Below, one piece after another: positions 26,604 through 38,876 of a DNA stretch of 64,000 nt (positions are counted from its first letter, which is position 1; each line of letters opens with the position of its first letter). Both the position numbers and the translations under genes were made by a program. Source of the DNA: Octopus sinensis (Eukaryota); contig NC_043015.1 of the NCBI RefSeq assembly GCF_006345805.1, positions 42,532,001 to 42,596,000 of the forward strand, written 5' to 3'. Below the pieces are notes generated by a model that worked only from the letters and a program-made list of their open reading frames with translations, searched no databases and had not been told where the DNA came from.

Positions 26604-27149
26604 GATGACAAAGGAATAAATTATCATCATATGAACTTTGTTAGCTTACCACTGTTTCTGCCATAAGATGCAGTGGACTCTTAGTTGAGTGGCCTGAATA
26701 ACACCTTGTGACTTCACCAGAGCCTTGAATATGAAGTGCTATTTTTTTGGGAAGGAATTTAATTTGTTCCTTTGTAGGGAACAACATCAGCAATAAGAAA
26801 GTCATTACAGATGTATATAAAAAGCGTATGTCCAAAAGGTAATTAGGTGTATTACTGGAAATATATATATATATATATGTGTGTGTATATATGTATGTAG
26901 ATATATATGTATATTTGTTTGTACACATATATGTATATTTGTATGTTCATATATCTACATATATATATCTATCTACATACATATATATATATATCATCAT
27001 CATCATCATCGTTTAACGTCCGCTTTCCATGCTAGCATGGGTTGGACGGTTCAACTGGGGTCTGGCAAGCCCGAAGGCTGCACCAGGCCAGTCAGATCTG
27101 GCAGTGTTTCTACAGCTGGATGCCCTTCCTAACGCCAACCACTCCGAGA

Positions 27150-27190
<41 letters not shown>

Positions 27191-28834
27191 TATATATATA
27201 TATCTATCTACATACATATATATATATACACACACATAATTATAATTATAAAGGCAAAAATTTCTGTGCCAATAAGGTGAGAAATAGACTTTAAATTGTC
27301 AATCACTATATACAATACACACACACAATGCCAATAAATTATTGTTGTTTAACATCTGTTGTCCATGCTGGCATGGGTTCGACAGTTTGGCAGGAGCTGG
27401 CAAGATAGAAGAGCCGCACCAGACTTTTGTGTCTGTTTTGATGTGGTTTTTACAGCAGGATGCCTTTCCTAGCTCCAACCATTCTGCAGAGTGAACCAAA
27501 GTGCGTTTTATGTGGCACCAGCGCAGGTGATGTCAGTTTTGGCATGGTTTTGCAGCTGGATACCCTTCCAAACATCAGCTACTTTACAGTGTGGACTGGA
27601 TGCTTTTACATGGCACCAGCACTGACAGGGTCACCAATTAACAAATAGAGAGAGGGAGACAGGTATGTTGCTGTAGAGGGGGTACATGGTTACCTGGTCA
27701 GTGAGAGAGAGAGAGTGATTGGAAATGAGGACAGAAACCGGTGTGGTACTGTAAAGGAGTTACATGGTTACCCAGGCAGAGGGAAGAGCAAGAGAAGGAG
27801 AGAGATGATGGCGAAGTGCCAGGGCAAACTCACAAGGAACAGGAATCAGAACATAGATGGAATGGTAAAGGAAGAGAGAGAGAGAGTGGCAAGTGCCGGG
27901 GTACACCCTCAAGGTACGACTGTCATAATGTAAATGGCAGGGCATTGCCAAAGAAGGACAGGATTAGGGGGTGGGTGATAATCATGATGTATGATAGAAA
28001 TGTGAGGAAGAGAAGCGATGCAGTTTGGAGGAAGAGATGTAGTTTGGTTTGTTGGGGTAGGGTGTGTGCAAAGTTCTATTGTTAAATGTGGGTGGAACAC
28101 AGCGCTTTTGGACCTCAGTTTTGCCAACATTGGTGGGTCTTCTGAAGAACCTCTTACTACCAGACATCTCTGTCCGTTGTCATTTCCTCCGTGAGCCCTA
28201 ACATCCTGAGATTGGTGGGTCTCCCTCTTCCACAACTTTATCTGTTAATCTACCTGTGATTCCTCTGCACCTTTTATGTGTCCATAGCTTACATTTGGTG
28301 CAGCAAATGGAATAAAGACTTTGCAACTGTATTTCTGAAATGGTAGTTTTGTTCCAGTCGTTGGACCAGGCCATGCTGGGGCTCCACCTCAAAGTCTGGT
28401 GCCTATTTTATCGGTTTCTTTTGATGACCTACTAATTTACAGGGATGTGAACAAACCACCTGTCATTAAGCAGTGTGGGGGAACAAACACAAAGACAATC
28501 ACTCATGCATATACGTGACGGGTTTCTACACAATTTCCACCTTCAAAAATTCACTCACAAGGCATTGGTCAGGCCAAAGTGCTGTGCTGTGGGACTGGAC
28601 CCAAAAACCTGTGGTTGCAAAGCAAGCTTCTTAACCACATGACCACGTCTGCATCTTAATGTTTTTTTTTGTTCTTTTTCTCCCTCTGCAAAGAATACCT
28701 AATTGTAAATTATAAATTCACGTTAATTTTTTTTTTTTTTCTCATTTTCCAGGAGTTGTAGATAGATTACAGTTTCATTTCTGGAAACTGACAGAATAAA
28801 TGAGACAGAGAGACAGAAAAAAAGAGAGAGCAGA

Positions 28835-29521
28835 ATGAATCGTCCTCAGGATGGTCTCCGCCAACGGCACAAGAACAAATCAATCATAGAATCGGCAATC
28901 TCTTCGACATCAAAGAAATTTCAAAGTCTTTCTTTGAAAACTAAATGCCTCTTTGTTCTCCTTGCTTTCTCACTTCTTGTTGCATACATTATAATGCTGT
29001 GGCATCAGGTGTCAAACAGGCTCCGTGAATTTACCTACATACAAGCTGACACGTGTCCTGCATGCTACGGTTCCAGCATATGTCTTCCTCTATTCAGAGG
29101 TGATGCCCACTTCACTGGCACGCTTTCAAGGATTCGGTCTTTTGACTATTTAAACTCTAAGAATTTCCACTATGGCAAATTAAATGGGAAAGATGTTGTT
29201 TTAAAAAAGCTAGTAGCAGATGATGTGTTGAAAGACTTAGATGACAAAATCTGCCGCAGTGCTCGAAGAATTCCTGGTTGTGACGTTGCAAGGGTTGTTG
29301 TTAAAGCGGATCTTGTCTCTCAAGTTCGACAGCATGAATTACAAGTGGATCACCTGAGAGGTGTTAACGATATGTTTTACTGTCCGTCTCGCCGCCTTTT
29401 TGATCGACTACTGAAACATTACCTGGAGAAGTACACATACGAGACAACATTTTTCTATGCAGTTGATAAAATACAGATTCTGATAACGGCTATGATTAGT
29501 TCGGAGCCATTAATGCTACAG
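28835..29521 (+). CDS. DIPK2A: divergent protein kinase domain 2A-like (DIA1/C3orf58), coding exon 1
   Basis: N-terminal TM segment, CPACYGSSIC, VVLKKL, CPSRRL, EPLMLQ motifs. Donor CAG|GTAATC after 29521 (phase 0). The exon begins at acceptor TTCCAG|28753, upstream of the ATG. Confidence 0.88.
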
Positions 29522-29694
29522 GTAATCTTTCGTCTTTTATTTATTTTTATTTATTCTCCTCCTTTTACTCACTGGACCACAACCATGCTGGGTCCCCATC
29601 TCAAAGGGCTTAGTCAAACATCTCAACCCTAGCTAGACATTTGTACTCAGAGCCAGAGCTGGTTTCAGCCGGGTTGGTATCAAAAGGGTTAAGT

Positions 29695-29985
29695 AGGTAC
29701 CTTTCAGTAGTTGACGACATGGTGTGGATCTTAAGGAGGTACCTTTCAGTAGGTGACGACATGGTGTGGATCTTAAGGAGGTACCTTTCAGTAGGTGACG
29801 ACATGGTGTGGATCTTAAGGAGGTACCTTTCAGTAGGTGACGACATGGTGTGGATCTTAAGGAGGTACCTTTCAGTAGGTGATAGCATGGTGTGGATCTT
29901 AAGGAGGTACCTTTCAGTAGGTGATAGCATGGTGTGGATCTTAAGGAGGTACCTTTCAGTAGGTGATAGCATGGTGTGGATCTTA
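29695..29985. repeat. 42 bp minisatellite, about 7 copies, in DIPK2A intron 1
   Basis: Unit AGGTACCTTTCAGTAGGTGA(CGAC/TAGC)ATGGTGTGGATCTTAAGG; period 42 (29696, 29738, ...). Confidence 0.95.
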
Positions 29986-30303
29986 TAACCACAATTGATC
30001 ACCACTTAAAACAATTCATATGAATGCTTTATATTTATTTTGGGGATGTTGGTGCCATGTATAAAAGCACCCAGTTCATGCTGTAGAATGGTTGGCATTA
30101 AGAAGGGCATCCAGTCGTAGAAACCATATCAAACCAGACATGGGCCCCAGGCAGCTCTCCAGCTGGCCATCTCCTGTCGAACCGTCCAACCTATGTCAGC
30201 ATGGGAAACGGTGACACAAATTCAACAGAACCAAATTCTTGATAGTAAGATGGTGATGGTGATATCTTTTGAATAACAACTGTTTCTTTTAAATTTTTTT
30301 TAG

Positions 30304-30426
30304 ACATTTCCAGCATCTGCAGGGTGGCCATTTCCTTCATATATTGGAGCTTGTGGACGTTTTGTTCTTTTGGAAAACTGTGGTGAAAGTTTGCAGAATT
30401 TTCATCAGGCACCTCTACAGAAACGA
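30304..30426 (+). CDS. DIPK2A: DIPK2A-like coding exon 2 (123 nt)
   Basis: TTTTAG|ACA...CGA|GTAAGT. Translates TFPASAGWPFPSYIGACGRFVLLENCGESLQNFHQAPLQKR, matching the family GWPFxxYxGACGR motif. Confidence 0.9.
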
Positions 30427-30801
30427 GTAAGTAACTGAGATTTGCTTTTTGGTTTTCTGTTTTATTAAATGTTTTATTAAATAAAATATATTGGGTGGCA
30501 CGTAAAAAGCACCCACTACACTCACGGAGTGGTTGGCATTAGGAAGGGCATCCAGCCATAGAAACACTGCCAGATTTGACTGGGCCTGATGAAGCCTTCT
30601 GGCTTCACAGACCCCAGTAGAACCATCCAACCCATGCTAGCATGGAAAACGGACGCTAAATGATGATGATGATAGTGTTTAATGTATCATTATTATTATT
30701 TTAATTAATCAATATTTCCTTTAACAATTGAATAAATCAATTGCTAATTGAGTTGCAGTGGCTGTGAGATTGAGATTCTGTCTAATCAACCACTTGATCA
30801 T

Positions 30802-31112
30802 GTGGAGGTACATGGCCTAGTGGTTAGAGCAGTGGACTTGCAGTCGAGGGATCGCGGGTTCGAATCTCAGACCGGACGATGTGTGTTTATGAATGAAACA
30901 CCTAAGCTCCACGTGGCTCCGGCTGAAGGTAATGGCGAAACTTCTGCTGACTCTTCCGCCACGACTTTCTCTCACTCTTTCCTCCCGCATCTTGCAGCTC
31001 ACCTGCGATGGACCAGCGTCCCATCCAGGTGGGGAACCTATACACCAAGGAAACCGGGAAACCGGCCCTAATGAGCCAGGCATGGCTCGAGAAGGGACAA
31101 ACAACAAAACAA
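30802..31112 (+). mobile_element. tRNA-derived SINE with a 15 bp TSD
   Basis: A box TGGCCTAGTGG, B box GGTTCGAATC, (ACA)n tail. CAACCACTTGATCAT at both 30787-30801 and 31113-31127. Confidence 0.88.
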
Positions 31113-31960
31113 CAACCACTTGATCATAAGTTCAAATTCTACCTCTACCCTTCAGAAGTGCCTTGGTACAATGCTACTTGCTTTAGTTATCTTTTAGTTG
31201 TTCCAGTCATTAGATGGCAGCCATGCTGGAGCACTGCCTTGATTTCTTAGTCGAATGAATCAAGACCAGTACTTTTTTTAAGCTTGGTACTTACTCTATC
31301 GGTCTCTTTTGCCAAACTGCTAACTTACGGGGATGCAAATGCAACAACACCAGTTGTCGAGCGGGGGGGGGGGGGGGCGTAAATACAATGAGCTTCTTTC
31401 AGTTTCCATCTACCAAATCCACTCACACAAGGACTTTGGTTGGCTCATGGTTATAGTAGAAGACACTTGCCCAAGGTGCTGCAGAGTGGGACTGAACCCA
31501 GAATCAAGTGGTTGAGAAGCAAGTTTCTTACCACACAACCATGCCTCCCCCAATAGGTAAGTAGCTTGCTTACCAGTCACATGGTTCCAGGTTTGGTCCC
31601 ATTGCATGGTACCTTGGGCAAGTGTCTTCTATAACCTCGGACTGACCAAAGCCTTGTGAGTGGATTTGGTAGATGGAAACTGAAAGAAACCAATAAGATG
31701 TGTGTGTTTTTGTCCCCTGTACCAATGCTTGACAACTGATGGCGGTGTGTTTACTTACATCCCCATAACTTAGCAGTTCAGTAAAAGAGTCTGATAGAAT
31801 AAGTACTAGGCTTACAAAAAACAAGTCCTGGGGTCAATTTGTTCGACTAAAGGCGGTGCTCCAGCATGGCCGCAGTCAAATGACTGAAACAAGTAAAAGA
31901 ATAAAATATTTCATTTCTATGTTGGTCTTTTTGTACTGCTTCTTATCATTTTATTATTTA

Positions 31961-32257
31961 CTAGCAGTATCACCCGGCGTTGCTCGGATTTGTAAGGGAA
32001 ATAACTATATAAGCATTTTTAGAGAGTTACTTCCCTTATATAAACCGAGCAAAAAATGCGGAAAAATGATGGTAAATTTTTTTTTAATCGTAGACTCATC
32101 ATAGACGTGCGCTAATACCCAGAAGGGCTCGATATGAATCACGACTATAAGATACCCGCTTTTGGTTAAACTGCACCGCAAAATGTGGGAGTAGTTAGGA
32201 ATCTAAATCAGAGTAGACAGACACTCACACACACAACTTCAGTTTTATATATAAAGA
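31961..32257 (-). mobile_element. non-autonomous Helitron-like element
   Basis: Minus-strand TC start at 32257 and CTAG end at 31961. A related longer copy lies at 35665-36033 with the same ends. Confidence 0.6.
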
Positions 32258-32307
32258 TATATGTAATTGTATTTATATTCACTCTATTGTTATGTATTGC
32301 CTTACAG

Positions 32308-32485
32308 TATGACCTGGCCTACCAAGTGATGAAAATCGCTAATTTCCTCACAGAAAATCCATCTAATTTTTCTTTATATTGGACAAGTTTGAAGCCCAGT
32401 GATTTTGTAGTCGATCAAAACGGACATGTGAAATTTGTGGACCTGAAAAATATCGTTGTTGTAGATAGAGAAGAGTACAACGAAG
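32308..32485 (+). CDS. DIPK2A: DIPK2A-like coding exon 3 (178 nt)
   Basis: TTACAG|TAT...GAAG|GTAAAC. Translates YDLAYQVMKIANFLTENPSNFSLYWTSLKPSDFVVDQNGHVKFVDLKNIVVVDREEYNE. Confidence 0.88.
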
Positions 32486-33777
32486 GTAAACGAACCACTT
32501 TTAAGTCTTGTTTTTGCATTTCTTTTTGTTGGTATTTTTCTGTCTCTTGTTAGGTACAAGTGTGGCTTTGGGGTTAAGAAGCTTGCCTTTTAGTCATGTG
32601 GTCTTAGGTTCAGTCCCATTACATGGGACCTTGGATAATTGTCTTCTATTACAGCCATAGGCCAACCAAAGCCTTGTGAGCGGATTTGGTAGCCTCCATG
32701 TGACTCAACATTCGACAACCATGCTTCACTACCTTGTCCCAGGGAGACATGGGATGTGGTGGTGACGTATGATTTTTGGATGTTGCTTCTCATGGAGGTG
32801 ATGATGAGAGATCGAGACCTTTGATGATTTGCTGTGCTTGAGAAGACATGTTAAGCCAAGTAAGATCACAGTTGTGGCCAGTGCTAGTGACACTTAAAAG
32901 GCACCCACCATGCCCTTGGAGTTGTTGGTGTTAGGAAGGGCATCCAGTCGTAGAAACCAAGTCAAACCAGATTGGAGAACCTGGTGCAGCTCTCCAGCTT
33001 ACCAGTCCTTGTCAAGCCATCTACCCAGTGGTTCCCAAACTTTTATGGGTTGCTGCCCCCTTGACACCCAGGCCACATTCCTAGAGCCCCCACCTCAACT
33101 AACCATCACAAGAATAGACTCTGAAGCATGGGCACCATATCGAGACTTCACTTGTTAACAAACAATGAGATCAAAGACAAAAATGGGGAACGAGTGTACA
33201 TGCCATATTTTGGATGTGTTTGCCCCTTCATCAGCACCCATTCTAACCCATTCTATCCTCTGAATACATTGTTTATACAGCTACCGCATACAGCGGTGTT
33301 AAATTATTGGATATACCAATTTACATATACACTCATTACCCAATTTTTGTAACAAAAATCAGTGTTGGCTATGATTTGTATCGAATATCTGCAGAAATAA
33401 TCTTATGAAAATGTTTAAATTCAATCCTAAAGAACTTGTGTGTTTTCATGTCCTTTCCTAAAAATTGATTGGGAATTCTTCACAGTGCACCCTATTTTTG
33501 CCCTCCCACTGCTTCACAATAGGGTTGGTTTGTTTATTCTTGTGACTTAGCTGTTCAGCAAAGGAGACCAGCATTATAAAAACATAAGTACTAGAGTCAC
33601 TTTGTTTGACTTAGACCCTTCAAGGCAATGCTCCAACTTGTCCATAGTCCAATGACTGAAACAAGTAAAAGAAAAAATGCTAATGTGATTTTATAGATAA
33701 TTAGTTGTGTTTTTTTTTTTTTTGATTGTTGTTTTGTAAATTAGAAAAAGGTTTTTTTTTTCATTGATTTCGTTTAG

Positions 33778-34124
33778 TTGCCAACACAGGGAAACCGAAG
33801 ATATTCGAAGCAATGTTCACCGAATGTGAAAATGTCTGCCCACCGACCCCTACCATGGAGCTGTGCAGCCACCTCAGCTCAGACTGGAACATCTACTTAG
33901 CATGTCGCTACGTACTGTCAGAGCATGCTACGGATCCGGCTATGAAGGGTGGACTCCTTCACGACATGTCGCGTGGTGCCTTAGATGACTGGGACATGAG
34001 ATTCCTCATCAAAGAATGCACGTCACCAACAACGAAAGGAGGAAGAGTAAAATCTATCCATAGACTTCTTCATACATTGGATTCTCTGCGGAACGGAAAG
34101 GAACAACACCCAGTGAACATTTAA
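33778..34124 (+). CDS. DIPK2A: DIPK2A-like terminal coding exon 4
   Basis: CGTTTAG|TT gives a phase-1 join in frame with ORF 33813-34124. Contains DWNIYLACRYVLS, GGLLHD, LIKEC and GGR. Total CDS 1335 nt = 444 aa plus stop. Confidence 0.88.
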
Positions 34125-34228
34125 ATAGTTTTGTAATTTTTTTTTGTTTTTTTTTTTTATGCAAATTGCAGAAAATTATTTTTATTTTTGTGCCACATTT
34201 GATATACAATTTCCTTTGTCCATTTGTA

Positions 34229-34272
<44 letters not shown>

Positions 34273-34322
34273 CACTTGCAGAATTATAATAGAGATATTT
34301 ATTTATATATATATATATATAT

Positions 34323-34360
<38 letters not shown>

Positions 34361-35664
34361 AATTGCAAAATTATAATATAGATATTTACTAATATATATA
34401 TACACACACACACACACACACGCAGAATTATGTTATGATATAGATATTTATTAATATATATTTATATCAGCATACATGCAAAATTATAATATAGATATTT
34501 ACTGATATATACATATATATGTGTGTATATATATAGTATTATGTTAATATAAGAAAATGGAAAAGAAATATAGTGGATACTTATTGTATCATGAGGAAAA
34601 CATATCAAACAATTATTAAAGGATTGAAATAATTGTAAAAATGACTGCAAATGATGAGGAATGCAGGAACTCTCATGAAGATGTTCCTCTCTGCTGTCTC
34701 TCATTGATTTCTCTCCTTTCAACTCTTCCCGCCAAAGGAGAACTTCGCTTGAAGCATTGGGTTTTACCATTCCTTGTGGCAAGTTCATTGTACATTCTTT
34801 ATAGATTTTGCTATATAAGTCTTGCTAACATAAAACAACACCAGTCTCATTGTAGTGTTTCTTTAGAACAGTGGTTCCCAAGCTTTTGCGCCTGCTGCCC
34901 CCTTGACACCCAGGCCACATTCCTAGCGCCCCTCCACCCCACCCGAACTAACCATCACAAACATAGACCTCTTTCTGAAGCAAAATTCAAAGCAACTGTA
35001 TTTCACAAATGTAACTTAATCTAATGGACCCACTATTTTTTTTTTTTTTTACATGAATCACTACCTCATTAACGCCCCCTTGGAACTTTCCACTGTCCCC
35101 AGTGGGGCAATACCACCCACTTTGGGAACCGCTACTTTAGAACATTACACAAAACTGAAGTTAACCCTCCCCAAAAATTCTTTCATTTTCATTTTAAACT
35201 TTGTACCAGATCTGTCAGTTATATATGACTTCAGACTAAAGATTCTTGTTAATAACTTGTTAATTAATAATATGCATAGAATTTGAGTAGATTAATTATT
35301 GCCTGTATTAGCCCTTGAATTTATTTATTTATTTTTTGTTAACTTGCTGGGTCTGGAGGAATCGAGCAATGCCGCTGACCTTTGCAGGCTTTCTAAGATT
35401 GATGGGGTGGTGGTCCGTGCTGGTAAGTTATAAGAAGCAAAAATCAGACTTTTAATTTCACTAACACATCAAATATTTCTCAGCAGACTGACATACCTAA
35501 CTTCTATATAGTATTGTCAGGGGTATCTTCTCTGTCTGTACCACAAATATTTCACACCCAAACCTTTCTTTCTATGTCGATCAAAATTACAATTTCTGTT
35601 TTGTTTCACTTTAATTCTCAATTGCTTACTCATTCCAAATTCTCACATACACATATATTTATAA

Positions 35665-36033
35665 CTAGCAGTATCGCCCGGCGTTGCTTGGGTTTGTAAG
35701 GGAAATAACTATAAAGCATTTTTAGAGAGTTATAGCCAAAAAAAATGGGGAAAAAATGATGGTAAATTTTTTTTTAGTTAAAAAGGTCGAGTTGCGTCCC
35801 CTAGACAGTCTGTGGTTTGTGTTTCTGATTCTCGACCCCATGTCGAATTTATCGATTTTTTTCAGAACTGGGGGAACTTTTCGAAATTTTCGCTGCGTTT
35901 TGAATTATGACATTGGGCTATGTGTGTGTCAAGTTTCATCAGAATCGGTTGAAAGCCGTGGTCAGGGTGAGGGTACAACCTAACAGACACACAGAAACAC
36001 ACACAGACAAACTGCCGTTTATATATAGAGAGA
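35665..36033 (-). mobile_element. non-autonomous Helitron-like element
   Basis: Shares ends with 31961-32257 (ACTAGCAGTATCGCCCGGCGTTGC on the plus strand; GA|T at the right end). Confidence 0.6.
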
Positions 36034-36929
36034 TTATGACATACACAAGCTTATATCATTTGTTCCTTATATTTTACCATTGTGGTTATTTACACCCTCT
36101 GCAGTGGATGTTCCAAATGCAATAGGGTGCATAACCACAATAGTTCTTCAGGGTATGCGTGTATATATATATATATAAGGTATAAGTTAGAGGTGTTAAG
36201 CCCTCTAAGGGATAGATGTATCCAGTGGCACTCCTGGTAATTACCTCAGTAAGTATGGTCCTTGGTATAAGGTATACGGCAGCAGGTAATTTAAGAGGTA
36301 AACTAGTTTAATGTATATATAGACGATAAGAAAATGGGGGAAAACAGCAAATAAAAGTGTGTCTGGTGCTAAAAAGCCATTATTTAAGTAAATAAGCAAG
36401 GTGAGGGTAAGAGTGACTTTACAGCTGTTTCTGTGTACCATAGTTGCAAATGGTAGACGTCTTCAGAATGAAAAAAGGCAGAGATAGACAAAGAGGAGAA
36501 CAGAGTGAAAGATAGAGGGTGAAATCGGAAAAGAAAATGTTCAGTGATTCAAAAGTCTTACATTTTAGTTGTGCTCAAAGTTCATTAAATTCATTGTGAA
36601 GTAGTTGAAGAATAAAGGATGGTTGAATCCGAAGTCTCGTAGTTCAGTTAGTTATTAGCATGACTTCCATGTGACTGCCGGTGTAATCTGAGGGAAGTTA
36701 TCTCTAATTAGGGATATCCGGTGTGGTTAATAGGAGCTATTGTGGGTAGTTCGTATATATTTGCAGAGGCTGCTGTAAATGAGGGTAAAGTTTATATGTA
36801 GCAGGGGTGCGATTAAAAGCGTAAAGACAAAGTAGTGGAAGAATATTTTGGCTTGAGGAGTGCAATGAAAAAGTAAAGAAAAAGATAGAGGAGGAAATTT
36901 GATGTGTAAGAGAGTTGTGTGTGGGTGTA

Positions 36930-38212
36930 CAGGGTGAGGAAGCAAAATTTACAATATTTTGAGGCAGGGATTGAAAGACAGTGTATGACCAATTGTTTTA
37001 TTGAAAGTTATGAGAATTTATTTGCCGCAAGAAAATTTACATAATAGAAAATGTTTTTATTCCATGTGTCCTCCTTCTTTCTCAATAACTGCCTTCACAC
37101 CCTTCCTGAAACTTGTACAAGTGTTCCTCAAATATTCGGGAGACAACTTCTCCCATTCTTCTGTAATAGTATCTTTAAGAGAGTCGACATTGCTGTGTGA
37201 TGTTAGCATGTTCTAAAACGCCCCAAATAGCATAATCCAGAGGGTTTAGATCTGGGCTAGAAGGTGGCCTTAAACATGATTCCCAGAAATCGCTAAAGTT
37301 GGATTTGCAGAAATCTTGTATTTTTCTGGCTGTGTGGGCTGGAGCACCATCCTGTGTCCATACATAATTACCATCTGGGTAGTTTGCTTTAAGCCATGGC
37401 AATACCTGGTATCTCAGAGTCTTGTAGTAAGTATTAACATTGATCTTTTCATCAGCTTTGTAGAATTTTATTGGCATTTTCTTTCCATCGGAAGCCACAA
37501 CACCAAAAGCCATAACTTGTGCAGGATGTTTTGTTTTGAATGTTCCCTTAACCTCAGCTGTTGGTTTTGCAATAAATCTGTCATTTCTGCGGTTCAGAAC
37601 AGCATCGACACTGAAGATCTTTTCATCTGTAAAGATTGTTACAATGGAGGACTTTTTCTTGAACCATGTAATAATTTTTTGGCACCTTTCCAATCTCTTT
37701 TACCTTCATAGCTGTTGTCAACAAGTGTTTTGGTGTTCTTGTGTAAGATTTTAACCTCAAATCATATTTTACTGCATTTCTAATGGTCTTCTTGTCTACC
37801 TCAAGTTCAATTGCCATTTTTCTCATGGATTTGGTTGGATCCTTTAGGATTTTGGATTTGAGAGCTTTAATAAAAGCTTTGGTACGTTTTTTGTTGATTC
37901 CTCCACTTCCAGACTTCCTCGTAATAGTTTTGCTCATAGTCATTCTATTCTTTACATTATAAACAGTCTTTATGGACACTCCAACTATCCTTGAAATCTC
38001 CTTTTGTGTGACGAGTGCATTCAGCAAATCACACACTCTTGGACGTTTGCTTTCCTGATTACTCATATGGGCAAAAGTTTCTGAAAAGGTAAGGATAATA
38101 GTGTTAGGTATGAGTATGACATCAGTATATGCTAGGTTTCAAAACAATTGACTTAGTGCCTCCTGAGAAAAAGCAACTTAACGTTCATTGTAAATTTTGC
38201 TTCCTCACCCCG
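36930..38212 (-). mobile_element. maT (DD37D) Tc1/mariner transposon, full length, frameshifted
   Basis: 26 bp TIRs CAGGGTGAGGAAGCAAAATTTACAAT (36930-36955 and 38187-38212, 1 mismatch), TA on both sides. Transposase 38066-37057 with FTDEK, QDGAPAH, SPDLNPLDY; 37 residues between the last two Asp; two frameshifts. Confidence 0.92.
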
Positions 38213-38214
38213 TA

Positions 38215-38792
38215 TATACGTGTATCCGTGGGGTTGTGAGTATTAGGTGTGTGCATGTGTGTGTGTCTGTGTCTATATGTATATACGTATGTGTGTGTGC
38301 GCGTGTAGGCATATATTGTGTGTATGTATATGCATAAGTGTGTGTGGGGGAGGGTTGGAGTTGTGTAGGCGTAATGTGCAGCGTGTGTCTGCCCATGTGT
38401 GTATAATTGTTTGCGTATCTATGAGTATTGTTTGTTGTAGGTAAATGTGGGAATCTGCTGGTGTGTGTGTGTGTGTGTGAACGTGGAGATGTGTGTCAGG
38501 CTGTGTTTATTTTGTGTATGTACGTGTGCTTGAGTATGTGCGTGTATGTGGTTGTGTGTCTAAGGTGTGTGGGGTTGGGTGGGATAGGTTTCTGTGTATT
38601 CCTCTGTGGGTGTGTGTGGAAGTATGTATGTATGTATGTGTTCATGTATAAAAACAATAAATTATAAGCAATAAAAAAACAAAAATTATAAAAGGAAGTT
38701 GATCCAATACAAAAGACGTTGTTGATTCGTTTTGTTATTACTGTTTTCATGGTGGAAAATCTTCCATCATAACCTGTGGATGAACTCGTTAA

Positions 38793-38860
<68 letters not shown>
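38215..38860. repeat. GT-rich low-complexity tract followed by a long (TA)n microsatellite
   Basis: Degenerate (GT)n at 38215-38660; (TA)n at about 38780-38858. Confidence 0.9.
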
Positions 38861-38861
<1 letters not shown>

Positions 38862-38876
38862 CTATCATGGTTGTTT

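Noticed and set aside
29610-30005. Three repetitive ORFs; superficially CRISPR-like array
   Set aside because: Pure tandem 42 bp repeat with no unique spacers, intronic, eukaryotic context, no cas genes.
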